DNA from: a virus
Direction: 5' to 3' (one strand)
Length of the DNA: 64,000 bases
IMG/VR virus record: IMGVR_UViG_3300045119_000180
Location: 40,075-104,074 of that record
Part shown: in pieces, positions 36,364 through 46,722 of the stretch
Position numbering within the stretch: the first letter of the stretch is position 1
Layout: each line of letters opens with the position of its first letter
Notes under the pieces: generated by a model
Seen by the model: the letters and a program-made list of their open reading frames with translations, nothing else
What the model was told of the DNA's origin: nothing
Databases searched by the model: none
Position numbers and translations under genes: made by a program

Positions 36364-37464
36364 CTAGAATTTAAGAAATTTTAACTCAGCCAACCAGGCT
36401 GCTTGAGCATTTTTAGAGTATTTTTGAAGCTTCTTTAGATTATCTTTTATAAGACCATTATTTTGATATATCTGGCAAAGCGTTTCGGTAATCTTTTCAA
36501 CCGTAATGGTATCAGCCTGACTATCTTCGTCTAGCCAACGGATAGCCGGACTGCCAGCGATTGGCACGCCAGCCGAAACGATATCCGCGGCAATGATACA
36601 AAAGGTCTCTGAAAAGCTCACTTGCATACCAATATCCATATATGAAAGGAATTGCAGGAACATAGTATGGTCCATCCAGCCGTGCTGGATAAGGTTGTGC
36701 TTCGTGCCAGCGAACAGAGCTACCAAATTCTTATAGCAGCTGTTACCACCGGATTCGACGCGGGTGTTGTTGACGTGAAAGTTAAGGATCTTACCCTCAC
36801 GGTCGGCGAATCTCATCGCAGCAATAGCCTGAATGAGGTTGTTCTTTAACGGCCGGATGGCGCCCATGCAGGCAACGGATAGATTCTGCTGGGGTTTAGT
36901 CGGGTTGAAATAGGGGTTTTTCGGAGCAGGGTAATAGGTAGGCAAATAAAGGAGCTTGTTGAGATTGACCAGCTTGTCGGTATAGAAGTCCTTCGCCTGA
37001 CTGAAGGCTTCCTGGCTGTTCATCGCGACGTAAACGTTAGTGTACTTTGGATACTGGCTAATCCAATCGATCGCAATGCCTTCTTGGGCCAAAAAGGCGG
37101 CTTCCGAGTGGATCCGGACAATCCAAATGACGTTAGGGTGTAAGGCGTTCAAAACGGCGAATTTACTAGGCACGACCCACAACGCCTCAATAATAACGAC
37201 GTCTGGCTTAAATGCCGTAACTTCTTTATCAATCGAATTGTTGTCTACGACTTCAACGATCTTCGTAACGTAGCCGTTGGCCGCCAGCATATCGCTCGAG
37301 AACTTAGCGGAGTTATAAAGCCCGCTAGACATACCGGAATATGAATAATCATATCCGTGTCTTTCTTTAAGAATGAATAAAATACGAGCCTTGGGATCCG
37401 CTGGTTTGGGTTTAGGCTTGTCGTAACCAACCATTTGAAACAACCGATTGATTGCTTTGTTCAC
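36364..37464 (-). CDS. GT-B (GT4-like) glycosyltransferase
   Basis: SSG, PDVVIIE, RIHS, GAIRPLKN, QVSFSETFCIIAAD..SAGVP. Confidence 0.75.
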   Translation of the reverse strand: MNKAINRLFQMVGYDKPKPKPADPKARILFILKERHGYDYSYSGMSSGLYNSAKFSSDMLAANGYVTKIVEVVDNNSIDKEVTAFKPDVVIIEALWVVPSKFAVLNALHPNVIWIVRIHSEAAFLAQEGIAIDWISQYPKYTNVYVAMNSQEAFSQAKDFYTDKLVNLNKLLYLPTYYPAPKNPYFNPTKPQQNLSVACMGAIRPLKNNLIQAIAAMRFADREGKILNFHVNNTRVESGGNSCYKNLVALFAGTKHNLIQHGWMDHTMFLQFLSYMDIGMQVSFSETFCIIAADIVSAGVPIAGSPAIRWLDEDSQADTITVEKITETLCQIYQNNGLIKDNLKKLQKYSKNAQAAWLAELKFLKF

Positions 37465-37491
37465 TCTTTCTCCGGTATATCGGGGTAGTTT

Positions 37492-39192
37492 TTACTTCTC
37501 TTCTGGAACTGGTTTAGTTAAATCCCACTCGGGTTCTTTTAACCCACCTGTAATTTCAGCTGGATTACCACTTGTGGCTTTCATACCAAATGATTTTTCT
37601 ATTAAAGCGTCCCTGGTAAGATCACCAGGGGCGATTGCATTGCTTAAAATGTCGCCTAGAACACTTCCGGCAATAGAGCCAGCCGGGCCAGCGATAGCAG
37701 AACCGGCGCCTGTAGCCGCCAGTTTGGCTACCCCGCCAGCAATTCTACGGGCTGTATTTGCTTTACCGCTACCGCGGACTGTTTTATCGCCAGCGTAAAT
37801 CTGTCTTTCGGCGGCATTTCGAATCCGGATTAATGACCCCTCGTCTTTACGAAGTTCGTCTACGCCATCAAATCCTCTGGCTTCCAACTGGCCGTAAATA
37901 CCCTCACGAAGAGAGTCGGCCGCTACTTGTCTAGCTGCGAAGCCGGGATCGTCGGCTTGAGCACTAGCTACGTCGTATTTGTTCTTTTGTAACGTGGCCC
38001 TGTTACGATTGTTAAGATCGCGCCGAATTCTATCCGCCTCTGCAATCGTAGGATTCTCAAGGTTGTATTCTTTTAAAGCCTTCAATCCTTCGTCAGCAAA
38101 GCCTATTTTGGTATTCTTGTTGAGTTCTCTTTCGACGTCTTTCAGGACATTCGTAGTAATAGGGTCATTGGCTATCTTGCCGACGGCTTGTCCGATTCTA
38201 TTTTCTCTTTCTTTAATCTCGACATCCGATGCATCACGGATATCCTGGACGTTTCTTATTTCCTGGCCTTCTACGCTATGATGTTCTTCAAGAATGTTAC
38301 GGGCCGTTTGAAGGTCTGCGTCTTCATAAGGAGTTGATTTAGACGGCGGAATCGCCTTACGCATATTCTGAAGAGCTTGCGTCTTGATAGCGTCAGCTTG
38401 TTTTCCAGTCGCTCGTTCAGCCAGTTTCCCGGATTGCTCACCGACAGGCCCTAGAACAGTCTTGCCGACCGCTTGACCAGCCTTTTGCGGCAGCGTCGGC
38501 TGAGCTTCTTGGATACCCACGGTAGGTTCAGGAAGCAATTCTGGTTTAGCACCGAGAATCTTACCTACGACAGAACTAGCGGCCTTCGGGGCGTGCTCCA
38601 GGGCCAATAGCATTGTTATATCAGTGGCCGCTCCGGAATGGTCGCCTGCTTCCCAACGCTCCGCTATGTTGTTAATCATAGGCCCTAAAACCGGAACGGC
38701 TGATAGTCCCGTATCTGTCAAACCAGATAAATAAGCATTTGCGCCAGCCCAATGCTGACCTTTTTGCATCAGATCGTGAGCTGCTTGGCGCTCATCGTGA
38801 CCTTTATCAGCCAGCATGACGGCTGGAGCATCGATTAACCGATGGTAAGCTAACGTAGCTCGGCTCGGATTATTAGCTAGCTCTTCTGGAATAGCTTCGT
38901 TATACTTTTTATTCTCTGCTTGTATTTTGTTAAGAATATCCGATTTTTCTTGTTCCGTGGCAGGATCGGACAAAGCATGGTATAAACCTTTAACTAATCC
39001 GACTGTATTACGCTTTACACCTGCTATAACGCCCTGATCTTCCGGAGCAATTTCTTTTTGCATCGGGGCTTGAGATACTACAGCCCAAGGATTGTCTTCT
39101 GGAGCAGAAGCAGGAGAAGTAGAAGAAACGGGGGTTTGAGATACCACCGCCCAAGGATCGTCTACAGTTTGCGTATTTTGAGGATCTGGCAT
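37492..39192 (-). CDS. Probable internal virion/DNA ejection protein
   Basis: D(D/N)PWAVVSQ x2 at N-terminus, helical, Ala/Gly-rich C-terminal segment; third of three genes after the tail nozzle region. Confidence 0.55.
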   Translation of the reverse strand: MPDPQNTQTVDDPWAVVSQTPVSSTSPASAPEDNPWAVVSQAPMQKEIAPEDQGVIAGVKRNTVGLVKGLYHALSDPATEQEKSDILNKIQAENKKYNEAIPEELANNPSRATLAYHRLIDAPAVMLADKGHDERQAAHDLMQKGQHWAGANAYLSGLTDTGLSAVPVLGPMINNIAERWEAGDHSGAATDITMLLALEHAPKAASSVVGKILGAKPELLPEPTVGIQEAQPTLPQKAGQAVGKTVLGPVGEQSGKLAERATGKQADAIKTQALQNMRKAIPPSKSTPYEDADLQTARNILEEHHSVEGQEIRNVQDIRDASDVEIKERENRIGQAVGKIANDPITTNVLKDVERELNKNTKIGFADEGLKALKEYNLENPTIAEADRIRRDLNNRNRATLQKNKYDVASAQADDPGFAARQVAADSLREGIYGQLEARGFDGVDELRKDEGSLIRIRNAAERQIYAGDKTVRGSGKANTARRIAGGVAKLAATGAGSAIAGPAGSIAGSVLGDILSNAIAPGDLTRDALIEKSFGMKATSGNPAEITGGLKEPEWDLTKPVPEEK

Positions 39193-41450
39193 TATTTAGT
39201 CTCTAGCTGAACAGGTTTGCCGTTCTGAAGTGTCCATACTTGGCCGTTTTTAAATTCTGTCCGGCGGCCTTCTTGTAGTTGAGAAATAGCCGCAAGTGGT
39301 AATGATGGAGGTGGCGTTGCGTTTTTAAGCGCGTCTTGACTCGCTTCTGCGTCTGTTGGCGGTTTCCAGTTAGGATCGTGGAACAATGTGTCGCCAACGT
39401 TTAAGTTGCCTAGAATTCGTTTTGTCTCTGGATCGACGTTAAGATGAACTGCGGAATCCGCGGCGTCTTTAGACACAATAGCGGGAACATTCTTTCCGGC
39501 AATACGCTTATATTGCTCATTAATGTTGCTCAATCGAACAGCACCGATATGCGCTATTTGTTTTAATGACGCGCCTAACTGAGCTGGTGTAACAGCTGGA
39601 TTAAGAACTTGAGCGTACGCCTGACTATCTGCGTCTGATGGTTTATATCCGCCGGCCATTAGAAGCTCAAATTCGCTACGCAGCGCAGTAGCTATCGTAG
39701 TCAATTCGTTGGCTTCCGTGCCCCAACCTTGTTTCTCCATAGCGTTAAGACCGGTGTTAATAAATTTTGGATTATTAGCTCTTCCAGTTGCGCTAAGAAG
39801 GGTGTCTTGTAGTTGAGCAGAGTGCTGTAAAGCGTTGTTGTATTGTCCTATAGCCTTACCCAAATCACCGCCCGTAACTTGCTTATATGCAGTTTGGGTA
39901 GCGCGATATTGCTGCTCGTCCCAATTCGGATTCAACTGCTTGATGATTCCGATCGCTTGTTGTGCGTTCATGCCGGGGGCGCCTTTCGTTAGACGAACAG
40001 GGAAGATATTATGAAAGTCAAGGCTGCCCGGGCCGAATGCAATTGCCATAAGAGCGCCGCGGCTATCTTCCGGAGCGCTATTTATAGCGTTCTTTTGACT
40101 TTCAGTCATGGTAGCCAATTTGGCTTCCATGTCAGGACTTAATGGCGTCCCTGTGCTTTTGATAGCTGGGCCGTTCTGTTTAGCCCACTCCATCGCCCTG
40201 GTCTGCTGCTTGTCATAAGCCTGTTCGTACATCTTCAGGCCTTCTGCGGCATTACCATTGCCTAGAACGCCCATAACTGCTTGCTGTTGATCAGGGTGCG
40301 CTCGTAGCATTGCTTGTGTAGCTTTGATTACGTCGCCGTTGGATTTGGCCATCGCGGCGCCGAACTCAGGTTGGATAGCGTTCACTCTGGCGTATTGATC
40401 GTGACGATCTTTAACATCTTCAAACGACATCTTTTCAAGTTCGTTCTTCTGTTGAAACTGTTCTAGAGCCGCCTGTGCCACTTCATTACTACGGGCACGC
40501 TGGAGAAGATGAAGAGCCTCGCTACCTTTCATCTGCTGGCCTTCTTGAAGGTCTTCACCAGTCGGAGCGTATTTATTAACTTCTGCGGCTTTAGCTTTGT
40601 CGAAAGTAAACGAAGCTGGGATTTCAGTTACGTTATAAAGTGTCTCAAATTGAGACTGTCCCGTCTTCGGATCCTTACCTACTTCTCTACGGTCGACGGG
40701 GAAGGCGGTATATTCATGACCATTAACGTGACCTTCCTGCATCAATTTGTTTACTTCGTCCGATGAAACCTTTTCCTTGATCGTAGCCGCTGGAACATCA
40801 CCTGAAGTAAACGCTTGATAGTCCTTTTTGCCCTGGTCGACGTTGTGTTCCTTGCTTTCCTGGTCCTCTAAAGCGTTATGAAGGAGAACTTGAGTGTGAT
40901 AGTTTTCAAGGTTAGTATGCGCAATCAAGGCGTCATTACGGTCCTTTTCTCTTTGCTCCGTATTCAACTGCCGTTGATTATTAAACTGTTGCTGTTTCTG
41001 CGCCTCGAGCCGATTATTACGATTGGCCAACGTTTCGCTAATGCCACGCAAAGCACCGCCGCCAGGTTTATCGCTAGCATCGCCAAGACCAGATAATGCG
41101 CTTTGAGCCGCACCGACTAATGAACGAGCCCAGCCGCCAGGCTGGTTAAGGACTTGAGGATTGCTCTTCGTAAGACTGTCCGCGATCCGGGCCATCTGTT
41201 GACCAAAGCCCTCGCTAACTCCGATCTTTGGTTCTTCAGGCGCCATTGACGGCTGACCAGACAATGCCGGGGATATTGGCGCAGGCATTGATGCTGGACC
41301 GCCGGCGACAGGCACAGGGCCTTGATATGGCGGAGTAGGATTAATAGCTAATTCAGAACTGTCCGGCACTAATCCGGCAAGCGGATTGCCGCCAGCCAGG
41401 ATGTTTTGCGCCGCGGACATCTCCGGCGACAGCTGTATAATTGGAGCCAT
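39192..41450 (-). CDS. Probable internal virion/DNA ejection protein
   Basis: 752 aa, Pro-rich N-terminus, Gln/Ala coiled coils, NGQVWTLQNG end. Confidence 0.55.
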   Translation of the reverse strand: MAPIIQLSPEMSAAQNILAGGNPLAGLVPDSSELAINPTPPYQGPVPVAGGPASMPAPISPALSGQPSMAPEEPKIGVSEGFGQQMARIADSLTKSNPQVLNQPGGWARSLVGAAQSALSGLGDASDKPGGGALRGISETLANRNNRLEAQKQQQFNNQRQLNTEQREKDRNDALIAHTNLENYHTQVLLHNALEDQESKEHNVDQGKKDYQAFTSGDVPAATIKEKVSSDEVNKLMQEGHVNGHEYTAFPVDRREVGKDPKTGQSQFETLYNVTEIPASFTFDKAKAAEVNKYAPTGEDLQEGQQMKGSEALHLLQRARSNEVAQAALEQFQQKNELEKMSFEDVKDRHDQYARVNAIQPEFGAAMAKSNGDVIKATQAMLRAHPDQQQAVMGVLGNGNAAEGLKMYEQAYDKQQTRAMEWAKQNGPAIKSTGTPLSPDMEAKLATMTESQKNAINSAPEDSRGALMAIAFGPGSLDFHNIFPVRLTKGAPGMNAQQAIGIIKQLNPNWDEQQYRATQTAYKQVTGGDLGKAIGQYNNALQHSAQLQDTLLSATGRANNPKFINTGLNAMEKQGWGTEANELTTIATALRSEFELLMAGGYKPSDADSQAYAQVLNPAVTPAQLGASLKQIAHIGAVRLSNINEQYKRIAGKNVPAIVSKDAADSAVHLNVDPETKRILGNLNVGDTLFHDPNWKPPTDAEASQDALKNATPPPSLPLAAISQLQEGRRTEFKNGQVWTLQNGKPVQLETK

Positions 41451-41453
41451 TAT

Positions 41454-42158
41454 TTATCCACCCGCCAATGCGTTAAGTCCGCCGCTAAAGAAATTACCCA
41501 TCTGCTCGCCACCCGTTGATCCGCCGGTTTTATCAAGATTTCCGAGTGCTCCGCCTAACCCTGGCAGGAGGAAGTTGCTAGCCAGACTTGTCACACCGCC
41601 TGCAATGTCCTTGGCCAAAGCCTGATTTTGCTGCTGGATTTGATTAGCTTCACCGAATGCAGTGTTGTTGGCTTGATTGCCAAGACTGGCAAACTGCTCC
41701 GGATTTTCTAATCCCGCTAGGGCATTCATACCAGCATTAGCTTGAAAGAAATTCTGCCTGCCGGTAGCATAGTTCTCAGCCGTGATTTGATTCTGTGCGT
41801 TAGATAGATTGCCAGCCGCTTGGCTAGCCAGACTGGCTTTGATCTGCTGGTCGATACCACTCTGAAGCCCATTGCCACCGCCGCCGCGGCCAGCTAATTG
41901 ACTTCCGACGGCTTGAGCGGCGTTGCGGTAATTACCAGCGGTAGTGTTGATCGCCTGAGTGTTCCGGGCCGCTAATTCCGCAGGAGTAAAGCCCTGCTGA
42001 CCAACGCCGGCCTCGAGAATAGGCGACAAAGCTGTATTTAAGCTTGATAGGATATCGCTCTGATTGGCGAATCGGCTGCCGAAGCTACCTTGCAGCGTAT
42101 TAGCAAAGCCTTGTTCATTTCCGGCTAAATTCTTTTCAGCGCCGCTAGGACCACACGT
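41454..42158 (-). CDS. Probable ejection/pilot protein; start extended to ACG at 42158
   Basis: Frame open from 42173; GAGGG SD, 7 nt, then ACG TGT GGT (MCG...); A/G/Q/N-rich. Confidence 0.55.
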   Translation of the reverse strand, partial: TCGPSGAEKNLAGNEQGFANTLQGSFGSRFANQSDILSSLNTALSPILEAGVGQQGFTPAELAARNTQAINTTAGNYRNAAQAVGSQLAGRGGGGNGLQSGIDQQIKASLASQAAGNLSNAQNQITAENYATGRQNFFQANAGMNALAGLENPEQFASLGNQANNTAFGEANQIQQQNQALAKDIAGGVTSLASNFLLPGLGGALGNLDKTGGSTGGEQMGNFFSGGLNALAGG

Positions 42159-42179
42159 ATGAATACCCTCTTTTTAGAG

Positions 42180-42208
42180 TTGACAAATACTTTTATATAG
42201 TTTATAAT
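42180..42208 (+). promoter_or_regulatory. Consensus sigma70 promoter, leaderless, for HNH-AP2 gene
   Basis: TTGACA-N17-TATAAT; ATG 6 nt downstream. Confidence 0.8.
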
Positions 42209-42214
42209 ATATAA

Positions 42215-42781
42215 ATGACTGCCAAATCTAAGTTTAAAACTCTATCTAATGGTTCTGCAATTCTTTACTTAACAAACGGTTTTGAGGCTGTTATAGACGC
42301 CTCCGATATCAACTTGGTTAAAAATGATCTTTGGTCCGCTAGAAAACGTGCAAAACGTCACGCTTTGTATGTAAGACGCCGTTTCAAACCTTGGGGTTTA
42401 CACCAAGTAATAATGGGTGACATAAACATAGATCACAAAGACGGCGACGGTCTAAATAACAGACGATCAAACCTTCGAAAATGTACAAATCAGCAGAATC
42501 AACGAAACTCCGGGAAAAAACGATATCGTGCTGATAAACCACCGTCATCTAAATACAAGGGCGTTACTAGAAATGAAAGTAAAAATCGTCGAAGATGCTG
42601 GTCAGCAATGATATACTTAGGAGGCGGATCTCCAACCTCTTTAGGACGTTACGGATCACAGAAACAAGCCGCGCTAGCATATGACGCAGCCGCTAAAGCC
42701 CATTTCGGAGAATTCGCAAGACTTAATTTTCCATGTGAGAAAACATCAACGTGTAATCATTGCCTTCACCAGAATGAGTAA
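42215..42781 (+). CDS. HNH-AP2 homing endonuclease
   Basis: IDHKDGDGLNNRRSNLR..T..QN, SSKYKGV, LGRY...[18 protein letters not shown]. Confidence 0.9.
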   Translation: MTAKSKFKTLSNGSAILYLTNGFEAVIDASDINLVKNDLWSARKRAKRHALYVRRRFKPWGLHQVIMGDINIDHKDGDGLNNRRSNLRKCTNQQNQRNSGKKRYRADKPPSSKYKGVTRNESKNRRRCWSAMIYLGGGSPTSLGRYGSQKQAALAYDAAAKAHFGEFARLNFPCEKTSTCNHCLHQNE

Positions 42782-43136
42782 AACCTAGCTTCGCCATAAA
42801 TCCGATAAGCGTAGGGCTGACGGATTCGAATACGATACCTTTAAACTTCGGTCGCATTGCTTCTATAAACTTAGGAAACGTTTTTAATATCGCCTTGGCT
42901 ACACGAATCTTTGATACTTCTTCGAATGGGGCGAATTGAGTAGACATCCTTAATAGATCGCTCTCTTGGTCGAATCGCAAATAGAAAACCGGACCGATAC
43001 TATCCTGCAACGCGCAACTAAGATAGCCGTTGCCAGTTAGCCACCAATCAGCCGGTTGATCCTTATGGTAAGGATCCTTGTCGATCCATTCTTTAATTTG
43101 TTCTAAATCTGTATCGACTGAAGGAGAGAAGATCAT
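42723..43136 (-). CDS. Probable GNAT-fold virion assembly protein
   Basis: Size, position between tail and ejection genes, F.AKLGF motif. Confidence 0.4.
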   Translation of the reverse strand: MIFSPSVDTDLEQIKEWIDKDPYHKDQPADWWLTGNGYLSCALQDSIGPVFYLRFDQESDLLRMSTQFAPFEEVSKIRVAKAILKTFPKFIEAMRPKFKGIVFESVSPTLIGFMAKLGFTHSGEGNDYTLMFSHMEN

Positions 43137-43600
43137 TTAAAAACGGAGTTCCTTTTTCGCCTATTGTTGGATTGCTCTTTCATAGTCGCCCAACGACAAT
43201 TTTCCGGTTCGTAATTACCGTCGTTGTCAATCCTGTCTAGAGTTTTACCTTCGGGACGAGATCCCATATCCTGTAAGAAACTCTCGAAATCTTCTCGCCA
43301 CTTTAAACACATCGAAATTCGTCCTTTATAATAAGGACTATTAGTACATCGACGTTTAGCACTCAACCAAGATATATAAGTCGGCGAAGGGCCGCCTTTG
43401 GTTTTATGCCCGTGAACAGACGGTTTTCCTCGAAGACAACCACAACTTTTAACGCCGCCAAAAATTAAATTATTAGAACTAGCTTTAGTACTATTTCCAC
43501 AATCGCATTTGCACTGCCACATAACTAAATTACAAACACGATCTTTTAACGGCTTAATTGCTATTAATTTTCCGTACCGAAAACCTTTTAGATTTTTCAT
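43133..43600 (-). CDS. HNH-type homing endonuclease
   Basis: W.CKCDCG, KSCGC, SW...[29 protein letters not shown]. Confidence 0.85.
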   Translation of the reverse strand: MKNLKGFRYGKLIAIKPLKDRVCNLVMWQCKCDCGNSTKASSNNLIFGGVKSCGCLRGKPSVHGHKTKGGPSPTYISWLSAKRRCTNSPYYKGRISMCLKWREDFESFLQDMGSRPEGKTLDRIDNDGNYEPENCRWATMKEQSNNRRKRNSVFK

Positions 43601-43635
43601 TGCGTAACCTCAAACTTATTGTACCACAGGTCTAA

Positions 43636-45423
43636 TTACGCAAACAAGGGGATCCAATACGCCACGCCACCTATCGTAACTCGTTGATACAGGACAATAG
43701 TTTGTGGTGCTGCCGGACCAGTTCCGCCGCCTAATGTAGTTGTAGTAACAGCCGTACCGGAAGAGCCCGTACCGAATCCGACTGGACTGCCCAAAACCGG
43801 CGCCATCAGCGTATAGCTACCTTCAGTTCCTTGTGTAATCCCCCATTGAACGATATCCGCAATGTTGCCAATAAAGAAACTATCCGGACCGGAATAAGCA
43901 TGACAGTTTAAAATTGAGATTCCGGCGCTTAATGTCGCGGCAGTTTGGTTGACAATAAAACCTTGGCCAACGCCTAAGCCCGGACTGGCCGTGCCGATTC
44001 CGGTGTTATTAAAGAATCCTGAATCGTGCATTGTTATGCCTAAAGAACCGAAGCCCGAACCTACACCGACTTGAAGTACGCCTTGAACAGCTTCGAAATG
44101 GCCTTGGTCGATAGATACGGTATCCGCCCCGCTGATAATTAAGCCGCGTCCGGCAAATTGGCAAGTCAATAGATCGAATTTAATATTGTAAGGCACGAAC
44201 GCTGTTCCTGTGCCCTGACTGATATTGATATTCGTCTGGCCGTCTTGTGTATTAAAAGTTCCGTCGAACTGGCAGTTTTCGAATTTTAAAGAGTTATTAA
44301 AGCCGATAATCTGCAATGCATAGCTGCTATTTAACGGCCGTATAGCGATAACTTGACGGAATGTATTGAATTGATTAACCGATCCGCTAGCTTGTCCATC
44401 AAGGTTAAAAGAAATACCCATAAAACCATTGATGTAAATATCGTTAAAAGACGAATACCACAATCCGAAAGTCGCGCCGGCGATTACGTTAATGCCAGTC
44501 TGCGACGTATTCCCAACAGTAGCCTGCAATAAAAAGTCGGATAAATTGACGTGCTGGACAGCATCGGTTTGAAAAATAACAATTGGTGGAGTAGCGTTTC
44601 CACCGGTAGCTTGAAGCGTAGTTCCAGCGGTATTTTGTGTTGGAACGCCAGAGCCGAAAATCCTAAAATTTGTTCGTAGAGTAATCTGATTTACTGTATA
44701 CGTATATGGTCCGAGCAGTAAGGTTACTGCTTTATTGCCGGGATCAAAGGTTCCGATCGCCAATGCGGCAGAACTATTATTGCCTCGCATATCGATCGTT
44801 CCGCCGACAGCCGGCAGCGCAGCTAAAGCCTGCTGGATAGTCGTATAAGTCGTACCGTCGACCGTAATGACGTTGTTGATGTTTCCAGAAACGATAGGAA
44901 ACGGCAACTGACTGGAAGTTATACTGCCATTGATACCGCTAAGATTCGGCAGTTGGCTAGCCGTTGCGGTACCAGTTATCTGATCTAACGTCGGTATTTG
45001 ACCAGGCGTGGCAGATCCTGCGATTTCGCTAAAGCTATAATCGCCGAATTGCGCTACGACAGCACCGTTCCTGCCGAATACACTTGAAACCTGTTGTTGG
45101 ATCGAGCCGATCGAAACCCACGTATTTGAAGAACCGACTACTTGAAGCTCAAATACACTACCCGTACTAGTGTTAATATAAAGGCTGCCGGTCAGAAGTC
45201 CTGCAGTAACGGTAGGATCAGCCGTACCTACGTAGATAAATGTCGGATTGCTGGGATTTACGCCATTGAAATTGGCCGTAACCTTCATCGTTAACGGATC
45301 TAAAGTCCACGTAACCGTCGGGCTGTCTGTAAGGTTAGGTTGCGCAACAGGCACGCCGTTGACAGCTTGCGGAAAGTTCTTATCGAAAATCCAACTACCG
45401 GGGGTCCAGACAGGATAGCTCAA
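43636..45423 (-). CDS. Tail spike with pectate-lyase-like beta-helix
   Basis: GAGGTG SD then TTG 45423; VSSVFGRNGAV fibre motif, TIQQALAAL..GGT helix cap, Asn/Ile/Phe ladders. Confidence 0.7.
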   Translation of the reverse strand: MSYPVWTPGSWIFDKNFPQAVNGVPVAQPNLTDSPTVTWTLDPLTMKVTANFNGVNPSNPTFIYVGTADPTVTAGLLTGSLYINTSTGSVFELQVVGSSNTWVSIGSIQQQVSSVFGRNGAVVAQFGDYSFSEIAGSATPGQIPTLDQITGTATASQLPNLSGINGSITSSQLPFPIVSGNINNVITVDGTTYTTIQQALAALPAVGGTIDMRGNNSSAALAIGTFDPGNKAVTLLLGPYTYTVNQITLRTNFRIFGSGVPTQNTAGTTLQATGGNATPPIVIFQTDAVQHVNLSDFLLQATVGNTSQTGINVIAGATFGLWYSSFNDIYINGFMGISFNLDGQASGSVNQFNTFRQVIAIRPLNSSYALQIIGFNNSLKFENCQFDGTFNTQDGQTNINISQGTGTAFVPYNIKFDLLTCQFAGRGLIISGADTVSIDQGHFEAVQGVLQVGVGSGFGSLGITMHDSGFFNNTGIGTASPGLGVGQGFIVNQTAATLSAGISILNCHAYSGPDSFFIGNIADIVQWGITQGTEGSYTLMAPVLGSPVGFGTGSSGTAVTTTTLGGGTGPAAPQTIVLYQRVTIGGVAYWIPLFA

Positions 45424-45608
45424 GTTGATTTCACCTCGTCCGGATGGCCGGCACGATACGGATAGTCGCTGCTCCAAGGATCCATTACGGTCGGGCGTGG
45501 CTCCGGCTTTTTAGGTTCGTCTACGCCTTCAATAACTATTTTCGAGTTATCCTTAGCTTGACCGCTCTCGACTCGCTGTTTATGAACGTGCTTATAATCG
45601 TTTGGCAT
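45420..45608 (-). CDS. Hypothetical protein
   Basis: 62 aa, fills the gap in the virion operon, TTGA overlap. Confidence 0.55.
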   Translation of the reverse strand: MPNDYKHVHKQRVESGQAKDNSKIVIEGVDEPKKPEPRPTVMDPWSSDYPYRAGHPDEVKST

Positions 45609-45609
45609 A

Positions 45610-46722
45610 TTATACCGATGTTAAAAATGATGCTTGTAAAAAAGATCCCGGCCCGGATTGAATGCTATTTTGTTTAGCTGTAGCGCCGCCGCCGGTAAAA
45701 ACAACGCCGTATAACGTAAATGTAACTGTTGTGGAATTGGCATATGTCACCGGACTAAAAACGCAACAAGACGCTCCGGCCGATCCGCCGTTTGTTGCTG
45801 CCGACTGACCACCCGAATAGCCGGCAAAAGTATGTGACCCGTCGCTAACATAACAGGTAAAACCATCAACAGTTGAAAAACCTGTAAAGTTGAAATATGT
45901 ACTATAACTTATTAATGCTCTAAATGGCCCGCCACTTGACGGCGCTGTTGCCGTAATGGCAATTATCGTAGTCGGCGTAGTGCCTATAACAACATTTGTT
46001 ACAAAAGGCGCGTCATTTTGCTGGACAACAGCCGGATTCGTACTACCAGTAGCAGCAATCGTAATGTTTCCGCTGCCGCCGTCTGTAATTGTTGCTCCGC
46101 TGCCAGCTATAAGGTTTAAAATCGTTTGGCTACTATTTGGCGAACTGTTATTCTCTAACGCAATATTAGGAGGAACTTGATACGTAGCGTCTTCGCGAAG
46201 AAACTTTGTTATGCCAGCAATAGGCCCTGGATCAGGGACGGAACCGCCCTGATGCGTTGGCCCGCTAGCAATCATCTCCGTTTGTGCGATTACAACAGAG
46301 CCGCCGGAACCAGATGTTATAACAATTCCGCCTGTGCCGTTTTGAAGGTCCAGTTTATTTTGAACTGAATTATTAAAGCCGTTTGTCTGTAAAAGTACTC
46401 CGCTGCCGTTTTCCGTAATGACTTGATTGATAACCTGCTGACTGACCGATTTAGAAATACTTTGCGCGGCAGAATTAGCACTGGCCAAGCCAGAAAAAGA
46501 CAATGGCATTAAGGGCGTTGAAGAAATTCGCGGAGTGCTGTATTGCGTATCAACTAATTGAACGTCGTGTTGTAGAATCCCGCTCAGTCCACCAGTGTAA
46601 TAATTACCTACTGGGCTGGGTGTGGGAGCCGCGCCTATTTGACTAGGCACCATAGGTGCAACGTCAAGCGGCTGCCAATTGCTTGGCAGTCCGGCCTCTT
46701 CTTGAATGGTTTTTTCAGGCAT
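45610..46722 (-). CDS. Tail-associated/fibre protein
   Basis: KFLREDATY fibre motif, repeated LN(L/Q)..G.G..IT..G.G, beta-sandwich C-terminus. Confidence 0.55.
   Translation of the reverse strand: MPEKTIQEEAGLPSNWQPLDVAPMVPSQIGAAPTPSPVGNYYTGGLSGILQHDVQLVDTQYSTPRISSTPLMPLSFSGLASANSAAQSISKSVSQQVINQVITENGSGVLLQTNGFNNSVQNKLDLQNGTGGIVITSGSGGSVVIAQTEMIASGPTHQGGSVPDPGPIAGITKFLREDATYQVPPNIALENNSSPNSSQTILNLIAGSGATITDGGSGNITIAATGSTNPAVVQQNDAPFVTNVVIGTTPTTIIAITATAPSSGGPFRALISYSTYFNFTGFSTVDGFTCYVSDGSHTFAGYSGGQSAATNGGSAGASCCVFSPVTYANSTTVTFTLYGVVFTGGGATAKQNSIQSGPGSFLQASFLTSV

Noticed and set aside
15966-37464. DNA glycosyl-hypermodification as the main reading
   Set aside because: No hydroxymethylase, thymidylate-synthase homolog or TET/JBP gene seen to create the acceptor; kept only as an alternative
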